DNA of 64,000 bases from an uncultured Desulfosarcina sp. (GTDB lineage: Bacteria; Desulfobacterota; Desulfobacteria; Desulfobacterales; Desulfosarcinaceae), in the NCBI GenBank assembly GCA_963674945.2, contig CAXXWQ010000003.1:1-64000 (forward strand), written 5' to 3'. Positions within the stretch are counted from its first letter, which is position 1. Every line of letters begins with the position of its first letter. Under the pieces are notes generated by a model. It saw only the letters and a list, made by a program, of their open reading frames with translations, searched no databases and had not been told where the DNA came from. Both the position numbers and the translations under genes were made by a program. This document shows positions 49,967 through 59,519 of the stretch, in pieces.

Positions 49967-50422
49967 TTATTTTTTATCCATCGGCGATTGCGAAAAACCT
50001 TCCTCGTCACGATTCAGTAGCCATTGTCTGATCGCATCCCGAATTTCACGCACCTTTGCAAGCTTTGCTTCTCGATCGCCTTCAACTTTTGACGGATCCG
50101 GAAAAGGCAGGTGCCACCGCCGTGTAATTCCGGGAAATACTGGACATTTGGATTCCGAATCGTGGCATACGGTGATGACATGATCGTAGAGTTTGCCCGC
50201 CTTGAACAACTCAAACACGCTTTGCGGCTTCTTCTTTGACAGATCGATGCCTTCTTCCTGCATTACCGCAACCACCAACGGGTTGACCGCATCGGCAGGC
50301 GCCAAACCCGCGCTTTCTACCTCATATTTTTCACCGGAAAATTTTTTTAAATAGGCTTCGGCGATCTGGCTGCGGCCGCTGTTGTGTTGACAGATGAAAA
50401 GAACGGTTTGTTTTTGGTTCAT
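49967..50422 (-). CDS. arsC: Arsenate reductase ArsC (LMW-PTP family)
   Basis: FICQHNSGRSQIAEA, SAG, VITVC, CPVFPG, W..PDP. Confidence 0.85.
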   Translation of the reverse strand: MNQKQTVLFICQHNSGRSQIAEAYLKKFSGEKYEVESAGLAPADAVNPLVVAVMQEEGIDLSKKKPQSVFELFKAGKLYDHVITVCHDSESKCPVFPGITRRWHLPFPDPSKVEGDREAKLAKVREIRDAIRQWLLNRDEEGFSQSPMDKK

Positions 50423-50499
50423 GTTATAACTCCCAAATTAAATATCGGTCGATTCCAACCTGATTGTTGCAATTTACAGAAATATTTTTTCATTTTATT

Positions 50500-50516
50500 G
50501 TTAGGATTTTGTTAGG
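50500..50516 (-). promoter_or_regulatory. Pho-box-like repeat upstream of arsC
   Basis: GTTAGG at 50500 and 50511. Confidence 0.6.
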
Positions 50517-50543
50517 TAAATAAATTTCATCATTGCGAAAAGC

Positions 50544-50577
50544 AAAAGGCCCCAGTTTTGTAAGCCGGGGCCTTTTT
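50544..50577. terminator. Intrinsic terminator-like hairpin
   Basis: AAAAGGCCCC...GGGGCCTTTT. Confidence 0.6.
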
Positions 50578-50742
50578 GGTAGATACGCCGCTACTTTTAC
50601 TAATTGAGGCGTCGGGGTGTTTTCTTATAAATCGTTCGCCGTAATCAAATTCGGGCGGGATGAAAAATCGATGAAATTCTTTGGCTTCAGCAGCACGGCT
50701 GCCATGGAAAAAGTCATGAGAACCGCAATATCTGCATTGTCC

Positions 50743-51438
50743 TTAGAAGTGGAATCGAAAAGACAAGGATACGGTGTGCCCACTGAAATTCAGGTCGTTC
50801 GATGAATAGGACGCGTCCGTATCGGCGTTAATCGCTGAAATCAAATCCTGGTCCCCGTCCACGCTCTGCAGCAAAGTGAACTTGTATTGCAGATCGACGC
50901 TGAGCGGATACTTCTTCTTCACCAAATAATACTCCGCACCGATGCAGGCATGGCCCCCGTAAATTGTTCGTGAATAGTCCAAATGATAAGAACGGCTTTG
51001 TGTGGAGTACGCAATCTCACCTTCAACAAAACAGATATCCCCCCCGATTCCGCCGAACAGATACAGTGCATCGGATAAAGGCCAGTACTTTTTCACGGAG
51101 AAAAGGAGACACAAGATTTCTGCATCGATGGAGACGTGATCCCTAGCTTCCAGACGATTGCTCGCGTCGTCATCGACTCCGGTGTATCCGGCAACGATCG
51201 TAAGGCCGAGTGTTTCACTAAATTTTACTTCATATCCCAAACCAGTGGGCAAAAAGGCGTTGGCAGTCTTGGAATCAACACCCCAGAAGTCAAAAAAATC
51301 GGTATCGGTGAACGAATGAAGTTCCCAAATCAGGGAAAGGGACATGGTTTTGTCCGGAGTCCAGTTGATGGAACGTGCCATGTACGTGTCATTGTCTCCC
51401 CCGAAACCGTTTCCGCACAGGCCCCACAACCAAATCAC
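50743..51438 (-). CDS. Outer-membrane beta-barrel protein (5' end probably frameshifted in an A7 run)
   Basis: Alternating beta-strand pattern and C-terminal FRFHF; the upstream ATG at 51472 is out of frame by one A. Confidence 0.65.
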   Translation of the reverse strand: MIWLWGLCGNGFGGDNDTYMARSINWTPDKTMSLSLIWELHSFTDTDFFDFWGVDSKTANAFLPTGLGYEVKFSETLGLTIVAGYTGVDDDASNRLEARDHVSIDAEILCLLFSVKKYWPLSDALYLFGGIGGDICFVEGEIAYSTQSRSYHLDYSRTIYGGHACIGAEYYLVKKKYPLSVDLQYKFTLLQSVDGDQDLISAINADTDASYSSNDLNFSGHTVSLSFRFHF

Positions 51439-51499
51439 AGCAAATGCAACGCACTTTTTTTCCTGGTGCCATCGTCACTCCCGATTCAAACCTTCGCGT

Positions 51500-52264
51500 C
51501 TATTTCGGTAAAGTGGTGTCCACAATGAAGCCACGGGAAAAGTCGTTGATCGTAAATGAATTGCCCGCGATCCGATCGCTGTTGTTGATCGCAACACCCA
51601 TGCTAAAGGGAAAGTCGGCGTTATCGGCCTCGATAAAATCGGTGGTCACACCGAGATCGTATATCGAACCCGCATACCATGCACAGGCATGGTGGACATC
51701 GGTTTCAAGGCTGCCCGCCGCATAGGTTTCGCCCGTTTCGGAATAGCCGATGACGATACCATTATCGTTAATTGCCACAGCCCAGCTGTTGGCCCCACCC
51801 AGGGTACCGAGATCGGTTATGACCGATTCGCCTTCCGTATATTGCCAGATAAAGGCGTGGACCTCTCCATCGTCATTGGTCGCATACCCCACCACCTGAT
51901 TGCTGTTGTTGATTGCCGTGGCCAGACTTGAACCGTCCGCCTGGTTTTCGCAGAGGTTGCCGCAGATCGTCATGTTGCCGTTTTTCCAGAAAAAGGCGTC
52001 ATCACCGGATGTTCCTGCAACGTTGCCTTCATCGTTGATTGCTACGGCATGGATCTCATCGGCCCCGGCCAGCGGCGCCAAAGTCTCTATATTGCCGGTT
52101 TCAATGTCATAAAATATGACGCTCTCTCCATTGCCGATGCTCACGATTGCCTGATCAGAGGCGTTGATGGCGACGGCTTCGGAACAATTTGTGACAATGT
52201 ACCCCTCATAGTTCGTTTCATTTCCATCGTCGTCGTAGACATCGAAATCGATTTCAGAATACAT
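51500..52264 (-). CDS. HAF-repeat (DUF3466-like) extracellular protein, C-terminal part
   Basis: Repeated A.AIN...QVVG, HAFIW, DLGTLGGANSWAVAIND; continues upstream across a T7 frameshift near 52300. Confidence 0.7.
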   Translation of the reverse strand: MYSEIDFDVYDDDGNETNYEGYIVTNCSEAVAINASDQAIVSIGNGESVIFYDIETGNIETLAPLAGADEIHAVAINDEGNVAGTSGDDAFFWKNGNMTICGNLCENQADGSSLATAINNSNQVVGYATNDDGEVHAFIWQYTEGESVITDLGTLGGANSWAVAINDNGIVIGYSETGETYAAGSLETDVHHACAWYAGSIYDLGVTTDFIEADNADFPFSMGVAINNSDRIAGNSFTINDFSRGFIVDTTLPK

Positions 52265-52944
52265 GGGGGGAAGATCGTCGAAGATGCCGTCTTTCCAAAA
52301 AAAGCCCTTGTTCTTCCCTTTTCCGTGGTTGCGTTGCCGATTACCTCGATGGTGTCGCCGCCGGAGAAAATGGCAACCGCCGCGCTGGAGGTGAAATCGG
52401 TGCCATCGTCATCGTCTTCTCCAAGACCGTAGTAATCGTCATAGGGACTGTCATGAATTCCCAGATAGGTCATTGTCTCCGTATCCGACAGCCTTACCTG
52501 AAAGTACCAATTCGAAAAATTAGCGCCGGTGCATTCACCTTCCTCGGTATAGGGTGTCAATCGATGGGTATTCCAAAGTTCATCTTTTGATTCCCCCCAG
52601 TATATTTTGGCATTTGGGGGATTGGAGGATATGTATGTCTTAATTTTGGTAAGTTTGAAATTGATGATTCTGTTCGCACCCTCATCAGGTCGGCATACGA
52701 TCTCGGACGGCAGGTATCCCGGCCTGCGAACCTGATAGCACCAGGATTCCCATTGATCTCCTTCCATGAAGCGTGAATTGAGCGTGGCAAAAGGAGTCTG
52801 AACTATCTCATTCTCTGATTTTCCCCAGTAGATATTTGCCCCCGGTGGAGATGAATTGATCACTTCATAAATATAATGGGTTCCACATCCAGAGAAGAAG
52901 AAAAACATCAAAAGAACAGTTATATAAGAATATGAACGATTCAT
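52141..52944 (-). CDS. PEGA-like lipoprotein N-terminus fused to HAF-repeat sequence (probable chimera/pseudogene)
   Basis: Lipobox FSG-C; two I.S.PP.A.IYWG repeats; acidic HAF-like segment after NWYFQV. Confidence 0.55.
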   Translation of the reverse strand: MNRSYSYITVLLMFFFFSGCGTHYIYEVINSSPPGANIYWGKSENEIVQTPFATLNSRFMEGDQWESWCYQVRRPGYLPSEIVCRPDEGANRIINFKLTKIKTYISSNPPNAKIYWGESKDELWNTHRLTPYTEEGECTGANFSNWYFQVRLSDTETMTYLGIHDSPYDDYYGLGEDDDDGTDFTSSAAVAIFSGGDTIEVIGNATTEKGRTRAFFGKTASSTIFPPCILKSISMSTTTMEMKRTMRGTLSQIVPKPSPSTPLIRQS

Positions 52945-53106
52945 TGTGAGTATATTTGAAAGATGTGTTTGTGTGATAATCGGGTTAGCAAGAAACGATT
53001 CCTTGACATCATCGAGTCTATGGTATCTATTTCATACTTGCATAAACGGATTGAAAAATGGCAAAGTTTTCCCTACTTTCATCTTCTAATCGACATAGGA
53101 CGGTCC

Positions 53107-54267
53107 ATGTACGCTTCACATTTTGGGCTTACGGCAAAACCATTCAGCATCGTTCCCAATCCCGACATCTTATTTTTAAGTGAAAATCATCAAAACACCC
53201 TGACCATGCTCGAGTACGGACTCAGCGAAAGAACGGGATTTGTTCTGCTCACCGGAGAGATCGGTACCGGTAAGACAACACTGATCCGCTATATGCTTAA
53301 CGAAATGGTCTCCCAGATGGATGTGGCCGTGATCTTCAACACCAATTTCGATTCTGATCAGCTGTACCGGATGATTCTCAGTGAGTTTGACATACCCTGC
53401 GATGTCACGGAAAAAGACCGGCAAATGGAAATGCTCTTCCGATTTTTAATCGATCGCTATGCTCAGGGTCTTCAAACACTATTGGTCATCGACGAAGCCC
53501 AGCATCTTCCGGACGAAACCCTGGAAGATATCCGTATGCTGACCAACCTGCAGACCGACGATCAACTCCTGCTCCAGATCATTCTGGTGGGTCAACCGGA
53601 ACTGCGGACTCGGTTGGAAGCACCGAAATTCAAGCAGCTCGCCCAACGAATCGGCGTCAACTATCATCTCGATCCCTTTGACCGAGAACAGACCGATAAC
53701 TACATCAACCACCGGGTCACGGCAGCAGGAGGACGGGCCGATCTTTTTTCACCGGAGGCCATTGAACTGATTCATGACCATTCCGGCGGCATTCCCCGGA
53801 CCATCAACCTTCTGTGTGATGCCGTATTGGTCTATGGCTATGCCGATGGATTGAAGCGAATCGATAGGGACGCCGTTGAGAAGGTTCTGGCCGATAAGGT
53901 CTGCCTGGCCGCTTCTTCCTCACAAAAAAATCCCCATGCTGCCGAGGCAACAGGGGCAAATGGAGATATCCATGAGGTGAATCGTCGGTTGGCGGTCGTC
54001 GAAAAGACACTTGTCGATCTGGGGCATCGATTCGAGGCGATTCACCGTGAGATAAAATGTGAGATGTATGTAAAATATCAGGAGATGCTCACAGCGGAGC
54101 GCGAACGCTTCCGTCAGATAGTGGAAAACACGGACAATTCACTTTCGAAACAGACCGGAGAGGACGAGCAGCCATTCCCCCGACCGTCCGATACCCCTCC
54201 ATCACCGGCTCGCATCTCTTTTTCGTGGCTGTTTTCGCCATTTTCGTGGATCAAGGCCAAGAAATAG
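53107..54267 (+). CDS. ExeA-like AAA ATPase of PEP-CTERM/EPS loci
   Basis: MYASHFGL..KPFSIVPNP, GEIGTGKTT, IDEAQ, LVGQPEL, GIPRTINLLCD. Confidence 0.88.
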   Translation: MYASHFGLTAKPFSIVPNPDILFLSENHQNTLTMLEYGLSERTGFVLLTGEIGTGKTTLIRYMLNEMVSQMDVAVIFNTNFDSDQLYRMILSEFDIPCDVTEKDRQMEMLFRFLIDRYAQGLQTLLVIDEAQHLPDETLEDIRMLTNLQTDDQLLLQIILVGQPELRTRLEAPKFKQLAQRIGVNYHLDPFDREQTDNYINHRVTAAGGRADLFSPEAIELIHDHSGGIPRTINLLCDAVLVYGYADGLKRIDRDAVEKVLADKVCLAASSSQKNPHAAEATGANGDIHEVNRRLAVVEKTLVDLGHRFEAIHREIKCEMYVKYQEMLTAERERFRQIVENTDNSLSKQTGEDEQPFPRPSDTPPSPARISFSWLFSPFSWIKAKK

Positions 54268-55317
54268 ATCTTTTAGTCGCGCACTTGCTTTTGGCTGTCG
54301 CTCGCGGCTTTGCCGATCCCTCGTCTTGCCATGGGAATTGCCGTAAAAGGCCCCTGCCCCATCGAACCGGTTCAGGACGAAACCGGCGATCTTGTCGGCC
54401 GGGAGCATCTCCAGGGCCTGTTCCAGATCCTGTTTCCTTGCGCGTCCGGCACCGACCACCAGGATAATGCAATCCACAAGCGGTGCAAATGCCAATGCAT
54501 CGGCCGCGCTGAGCACCGCCGGCACGTCGAAGATGATGTGGCGATCATCGTAACGGTTTTTCAGATCCTCCACCAGTTCCCGCATCCGCGGAGAACTCAT
54601 CATTTCGGCGCTGTCCGCAATCGTTCCCCCGCCTGAGATGATGGTAAACTTCTCGATGCCCGGCCACACAATAATATCACGAAGCGGTACCCGCTTTTCC
54701 AGATAATCCAATACACCCTTGTCGGAGTCGTATCCGACATAGCGATGAATCGCCTGCCTGCGCAGATCGGCATCCACCAGAAGCACGGTCTGATGGAACT
54801 CCCGTGCAAAGGTTGCAGCCAAATTGATGGCGGTGACGGTTTTCCCCTCGCCGGGAGAGACACTGGTCACCATGGCCGTCTTCCACTTTTTCCGTTGGCC
54901 CATCTGTCGAAGATGGGTTCGAAGAACTTTATAATATTCGATTTCGGAAAAATCCGGTGACAGCGCCACACAATGATTGCGAATCGCCGTCTCCAGATCG
55001 ATGGAAACGGTTTTGGAGACATCGTATTTTGGTGGCTGCCAGTTCTCTTTCGTTCCGTATCCACTCCGCCAAACGGGCCGTTCGGTTGAATTTACGGAAA
55101 AAACCTGCCCCACCGTTTCTCGGACCCCGCCGGTGTTGTGAACCGCGGCCGTTGCTTCACTGGAACTTTTCTCGGTCTCCTTGAATATTTGCTGCGGCCA
55201 TTTGCTTTTCTCCAGGTAGTCCAGGTTCGATTCGGAATTGTCCGCCTTCACGGGAAGAACCTTTCCGTGCAACTCCCGTTCCCTTTTGGCTTTTTCCAGT
55301 GCTTTTTGTATTTTCAT
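54202..55317 (-). CDS. Polysaccharide tyrosine autokinase (CpsD/CapB, Wzc C-terminal type)
   Basis: MKIQKALEKA, TSVSPGEGKT, VDADLRR, FDVP, VLNR. Confidence 0.88.
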   Translation of the reverse strand: MKIQKALEKAKRERELHGKVLPVKADNSESNLDYLEKSKWPQQIFKETEKSSSEATAAVHNTGGVRETVGQVFSVNSTERPVWRSGYGTKENWQPPKYDVSKTVSIDLETAIRNHCVALSPDFSEIEYYKVLRTHLRQMGQRKKWKTAMVTSVSPGEGKTVTAINLAATFAREFHQTVLLVDADLRRQAIHRYVGYDSDKGVLDYLEKRVPLRDIIVWPGIEKFTIISGGGTIADSAEMMSSPRMRELVEDLKNRYDDRHIIFDVPAVLSAADALAFAPLVDCIILVVGAGRARKQDLEQALEMLPADKIAGFVLNRFDGAGAFYGNSHGKTRDRQSRERQPKASARLKDLFLGLDPRKWRKQPRKRDASR

Positions 55318-55400
55318 GGGTTGTTTCCGTTATTCCGGATCAAAACGAACATCGGTCGGATATGTCTGCTTTCAAAAATTGAATTGCTGTTACAGATTGT

Positions 55401-56999
55401 TCACATCACCGGAGCCCGCCGTATCACCTTTGCCCAGAATATATCCAGATCCATTACGAAAAAATGAAAGACAACGATACATAAAATCACCACCAGAACA
55501 CCGCAAATGCCGATGGTCCAATACCGCTTTTTCTGTTTGTCCTGCTCATCCGGTGTGATGATGATCGGAATACTCACCAATAGCGGCAAGGGAGAAAGCT
55601 TGCCAAGATCCTTTGGCGAATGCACGGCCTGGTCGGAGAATTCGGCCAGCGCCGCCACTCCGACGCCGGCCCCGATTCCCAATACGATTCCGATCAGGGC
55701 AATGGCCAGACGATTGGGTTTGAACGGCTTTTCGGGAAACCGTGCCGGTTCGATCAACGTAAAGCGTTCTCCCTTCTGCTCTTTCTCCAACCCTAAGGCC
55801 ACACTGGCCTCCATCACCTTCCGGGAGAGGTCTTCGTACTTGGCACGGGTGTTGTTGCGATCCACCAGCAGGGCGGCATACTCCTTTTCGATCCTCGGCG
55901 TGGTTTCGATGCGCTGCCGATAGACCTCGGCCTTTGCGTTCAATGCCTTTTCCTGATCCAACAGGGATTCCATCTCCGCGCGAACGCTGGCGAGCTGGGA
56001 AGACAAGGTAATATAGGCGGCGTTGTCCGGCGGTTCCCACCCCGGCAAGGTGGATTTCTCGTTAATCTGCTGCGACAGCTGTTCGATCTCGATGAGGACC
56101 TTCTTCACATCCGGATAGTGTTCGGTGTACCGGCTCTTCAGGTTGACCAGTTCCACCTCCAGTGCCTTCAGCCGCTCCTTCTGAGGATCCTGAATTTCCG
56201 GGATGCTGGCCAATTGGGTTTCCAGGTACCCCTCCCGTTCCTTTAGCAGCCGAATCTGGTCACGGCCCCGTTGAATCTCCGACTCGGTCTGATTCAGCGT
56301 CTGCTGGTTGACCTGGAACATCTCGGGAAGGCTGTTGATATGCCGGGCCTTGAACGCACCGATTCTATCCTCCAGTACGGCCAGCTCCTGGTTGACCCGT
56401 TGGGCCTCCTCCTCCAGAAACTTCGTGGTTTCCGTGGTTTTCCGCTGGCGCACCTTGAGATTCTCGTCCAAAAACAGCGTCACCAGCGTGTCGGTCACTT
56501 TCTGCACCTTGGCCGGATTTTTTCCCTGATAGGCAAGGGTAAATGCGATGGTGGCGGTGACGGCCCGGCCGCTTTTATCCTTGGTGTCGGCGCTGATGAA
56601 TCCCAACCGGATATCCTCGCGCATCTTTTCGACCATCTGATCGGTGGTCCAACGTTCCCGGTACTTCTTGTAAAGGTCGAAACGATCGATGATCTCCATC
56701 AGTTTGGTCGTGGTCATGACCCGCTGTTTGGTCACCTGGATTCGTTGTTCGGCATACCCGGTGACCGTGGTCATGACGAAATCAGCGGGAATTTCCTGCT
56801 CTTCGATGAGAATGGTGGCGGAAGATCGATACACGGCCGGCAACAGGAGTGCGACCATCCCGGCGATCAACAGGATCGAAAATGCCGGAATCATCAGGCG
56901 CCATTTCCGCCGTTTCAGGATATCGACATAGTTGCCGATGTCCAGGGGCTGTTCCTCCATGTGCGGCTGCATGTTTTCGTTGGACAAATTCGGATTCAT
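55401..56999 (-). CDS. Polysaccharide chain-length determinant (Wzz/GumC type)
   Basis: N- and C-terminal TMs, coiled coil, YTEHYPDV, F.LIEPA..PEKP.KPNR. Confidence 0.88.
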   Translation of the reverse strand: MNPNLSNENMQPHMEEQPLDIGNYVDILKRRKWRLMIPAFSILLIAGMVALLLPAVYRSSATILIEEQEIPADFVMTTVTGYAEQRIQVTKQRVMTTTKLMEIIDRFDLYKKYRERWTTDQMVEKMREDIRLGFISADTKDKSGRAVTATIAFTLAYQGKNPAKVQKVTDTLVTLFLDENLKVRQRKTTETTKFLEEEAQRVNQELAVLEDRIGAFKARHINSLPEMFQVNQQTLNQTESEIQRGRDQIRLLKEREGYLETQLASIPEIQDPQKERLKALEVELVNLKSRYTEHYPDVKKVLIEIEQLSQQINEKSTLPGWEPPDNAAYITLSSQLASVRAEMESLLDQEKALNAKAEVYRQRIETTPRIEKEYAALLVDRNNTRAKYEDLSRKVMEASVALGLEKEQKGERFTLIEPARFPEKPFKPNRLAIALIGIVLGIGAGVGVAALAEFSDQAVHSPKDLGKLSPLPLLVSIPIIITPDEQDKQKKRYWTIGICGVLVVILCIVVFHFFVMDLDIFWAKVIRRAPVM

Positions 57000-57023
57000 A
57001 ACCGGATAGTGTATGCGACCAAT

Positions 57024-57039
57024 GTTAAAAGATTGTTAG
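57024..57039 (-). promoter_or_regulatory. Pho-box-like repeat in front of the chain-length determinant
   Basis: Minus strand CTAAC-aatctt-TTAAC. Confidence 0.45.
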
Positions 57040-57050
57040 CAACGAAGTAC

Positions 57051-58340
57051 CTATTCCAACCAATCATGGTGCGCCTCCAACTGGATGATGGCCTGATTTC
57101 GATAGGTACGGGTTCCCGCTTCGCGATCGTCATAAATGCTGTACGAATAGCTGCAGGCCAGGTCCAAGGCATCGCGCACGCCCCAACGCAGGCCAGCACC
57201 CACGTTCCAGGTCTGTCGATCGATGTCATCCTGGGTGGGGTCATCCTGGTCGTTGACGTTCCAATACCACTGCAAGTATAGATTTCCGGACAGTTTTTCC
57301 AAGAAGCGCATGCTAGCCCCAAGCCTTGCGGTGGTGCGGTTGGCAGTCGCGCTGCTGCCGCTTACAGGCTCCAGGTCATGGGAGAAATTCATGCTCACAT
57401 GTGTTCGTTCCCCCCGATATCCCAAGGTAAGATCCCCTACGAAACCATAGCTCTCACTGTCTTCATCGATTCGAAGCGGATCGTCATGAAAATACGGAGG
57501 AGAGTGGGACCGGCTCTGCTCCAGTTCCCGCCGGGACCAGCTGTAGCGGCCACCGACATTGACCTTCAAATCGATTCGCTCCGAAATTTTGCTTTCCGTT
57601 CCGGTGGTGAGGGAAACGTAGTCCACCTCGGCCTTGTCGGCGATGATTGAATCGACCGTGAAAATATCAAGGGTGCCGGTCTGGCCATACTCCCTTTCAA
57701 ATGCGTAGTGGCTGTAGCTGAGATTACACCGGCCGGTGGTCCGTGCGAGCCACCGATCCAGACTACGGGTCAGGTAGATCACGGCGCTGTAGTCCTTGCG
57801 ATCCGAGGTTTCCGGGTCTTCATAGTTGTCATGGTTGAAATTGATATAGAGGCCACCGGTAAGCACCTCGGAAAAGGTGGTGATTGCCGAAGTAGCGACG
57901 TGGGATTGCTTTCTTCGATTATCGTTCAGCAGCAGACCGGTCTCTTCGATATCCCGGTCCGGCCTGCTGTCATCGATGAACCGCACATCGGCACCCACCT
58001 GCCAACGCTCGGTGAGCAATGCGTTGAACCGGCCATCGTACCACTGATCCAGGTCGCTGGTCTCATCATATTCGTGGTAGTGGCGCCACTCCCATCTTCC
58101 CCCAACCTGAACGTCGCACCGTTCGCTATTGCGACCCCCATTTACCCATGGAGAGACAATCGTCATGTTGTCGGACAGTGCCAAATCGTTGTACTCATGT
58201 TTCAGGGAAACCGCAGTGTTCAGATGATAATCGGCGGCCGCCGCCGTGTGTTCATGAAGCCAGATACAAAGAACGCATGCCATCCATATCGGCAATAATT
58301 TCGGTTTCAAAAATGATTTTCCAAGGAACATTTCGAACAA
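57051..58340 (-). CDS. EPS-associated outer-membrane beta-barrel protein
   Basis: Signal peptide, beta-strand-rich, located between wza and wzz. Confidence 0.7.
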   Translation of the reverse strand: MFEMFLGKSFLKPKLLPIWMACVLCIWLHEHTAAAADYHLNTAVSLKHEYNDLALSDNMTIVSPWVNGGRNSERCDVQVGGRWEWRHYHEYDETSDLDQWYDGRFNALLTERWQVGADVRFIDDSRPDRDIEETGLLLNDNRRKQSHVATSAITTFSEVLTGGLYINFNHDNYEDPETSDRKDYSAVIYLTRSLDRWLARTTGRCNLSYSHYAFEREYGQTGTLDIFTVDSIIADKAEVDYVSLTTGTESKISERIDLKVNVGGRYSWSRRELEQSRSHSPPYFHDDPLRIDEDSESYGFVGDLTLGYRGERTHVSMNFSHDLEPVSGSSATANRTTARLGASMRFLEKLSGNLYLQWYWNVNDQDDPTQDDIDRQTWNVGAGLRWGVRDALDLACSYSYSIYDDREAGTRTYRNQAIIQLEAHHDWLE

Positions 58341-58401
58341 TGCAATAGAAAGATAGAAATCAATTCACCGTAATCGCACACATCAAGACAAATTGTGAGA
58401 C

Positions 58402-58429
58402 CAGTGATCAGTAATCCGTGATGAGTGAT
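58402..58429 (+). repeat. Degenerate heptamer tandem repeat (CAGTGAT-like x4)
   Basis: CAGTGAT CAGTAAT CCGTGAT GAGTGAT. Confidence 0.5.
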
Positions 58430-58449
58430 GTGAACTATGAACCATCGTC

Positions 58450-58602
58450 GATGAACTCTTAAAAAGTCGTATTTCTGACGGCTTCGAAAAAAGTTCGAGA
58501 TCAAAGATTGCAAGCCCCGAGGAATGAGGCGTATTGTTGGATACGTCGCAGTGACGAGGGGCGAAGCGTAACGCAGATATCGGGCTTTTTACGAAGCCGT
58601 CA
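58450..58602. mobile_element. MITE/REP-like element with terminal inverted repeats
   Basis: TGACGGCTTCGAAAAAAG (58476-58493) / CTTTTTACGAAGCCGTCA (58585-58602); an extra degenerate end GATGAACTCTTAAAAAG at 58450. Confidence 0.7.
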
Positions 58603-58605
58603 CAA

Positions 58606-59319
58606 TTATTTCACTAAAATCACATCCCCTCGCTGCAGAATAATATTCTCCTCCAGTTTGTAATCCTCCGTGACGTTCTTGTAGTTAAACGGGATCACCA
58701 TGGTCTTATCTTCGGTTTTCCTGAAAATTCGGATATCCGCCTTGTCCGCGAATATGTTCAGCCCGCCTGCAATGGAGAGTGCCTGCAATACATCGACTTT
58801 CCGATTCAAGGCAATGGGGCCGGATCGATTCACCTTGCCGAGGATGTATACCACGTTGCTGCTTACCTGTTGGACGATCACACTGAGTTCCGGTTCCGGA
58901 ATGTAGCGCACCAGCTTTTCGGTAATTTCGGTTGCAAGCTGTCCCACCGTCTTGCCGGAAGCCGGAAAGCGGCCGATCAAAGGGAAAGAGATCGCGCCGT
59001 CGGGCAACACGACCAATTGGCGGGAAAGTGCCGGGTCTTTCCACACGCTGATTTCCAGTACATCACCGGCGCCGATGGTGTAGTCGCCGGTCGTATCGCG
59101 CAATGGCAAAACGACCGCCGCATTCTGCATTTCCACCTCTTCCACCGCTTTCGCCACATCCTGTGCTTCTATCGTCTGCGCCTTCTCTTCACGGAGTTGC
59201 CGCAAGTATTCCTGATCCGAAGTCGCAGCACAGCCATCGATCAAAAAGATAAAAATACCCAAAATAATCATAGCGTCGCATATCTTTTTACACTCCGCTA
59301 ACGGCTGTATGTTACTCAT
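58606..59319 (-). CDS. wza: Polysaccharide export protein (Wza/Poly_export + SLBB)
   Basis: YTIGAGDVLEISVWK, V.PDG.ISFPLIG, VYILGKV, ALSIAGG, LQRGDVI. Confidence 0.85.
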   Translation of the reverse strand: MSNIQPLAECKKICDAMIILGIFIFLIDGCAATSDQEYLRQLREEKAQTIEAQDVAKAVEEVEMQNAAVVLPLRDTTGDYTIGAGDVLEISVWKDPALSRQLVVLPDGAISFPLIGRFPASGKTVGQLATEITEKLVRYIPEPELSVIVQQVSSNVVYILGKVNRSGPIALNRKVDVLQALSIAGGLNIFADKADIRIFRKTEDKTMVIPFNYKNVTEDYKLEENIILQRGDVILVK

Positions 59320-59519
59320 GTACGCCCCCATATTTCCAGCGTGCTTTGTAGAAAATGCTATGGACAGAACCAGAGCCATTCCTTCATGGATGCTTTTTTA
59401 CTAATCATTGATTAGCGACCACTGGTCCATACATTACATCTTTGCGTGAACATCATTTTTCGTCCATCATCCAAGCGAAGCGGTCATCCTTCATCCCTCG
59501 CCTCACGCCTATCCCAATA

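Noticed and set aside
55389..55403. Pho-like box upstream of the tyrosine kinase
   Set aside because: GTTAC/GTTCA units are 10 bp apart rather than 11 and match poorly
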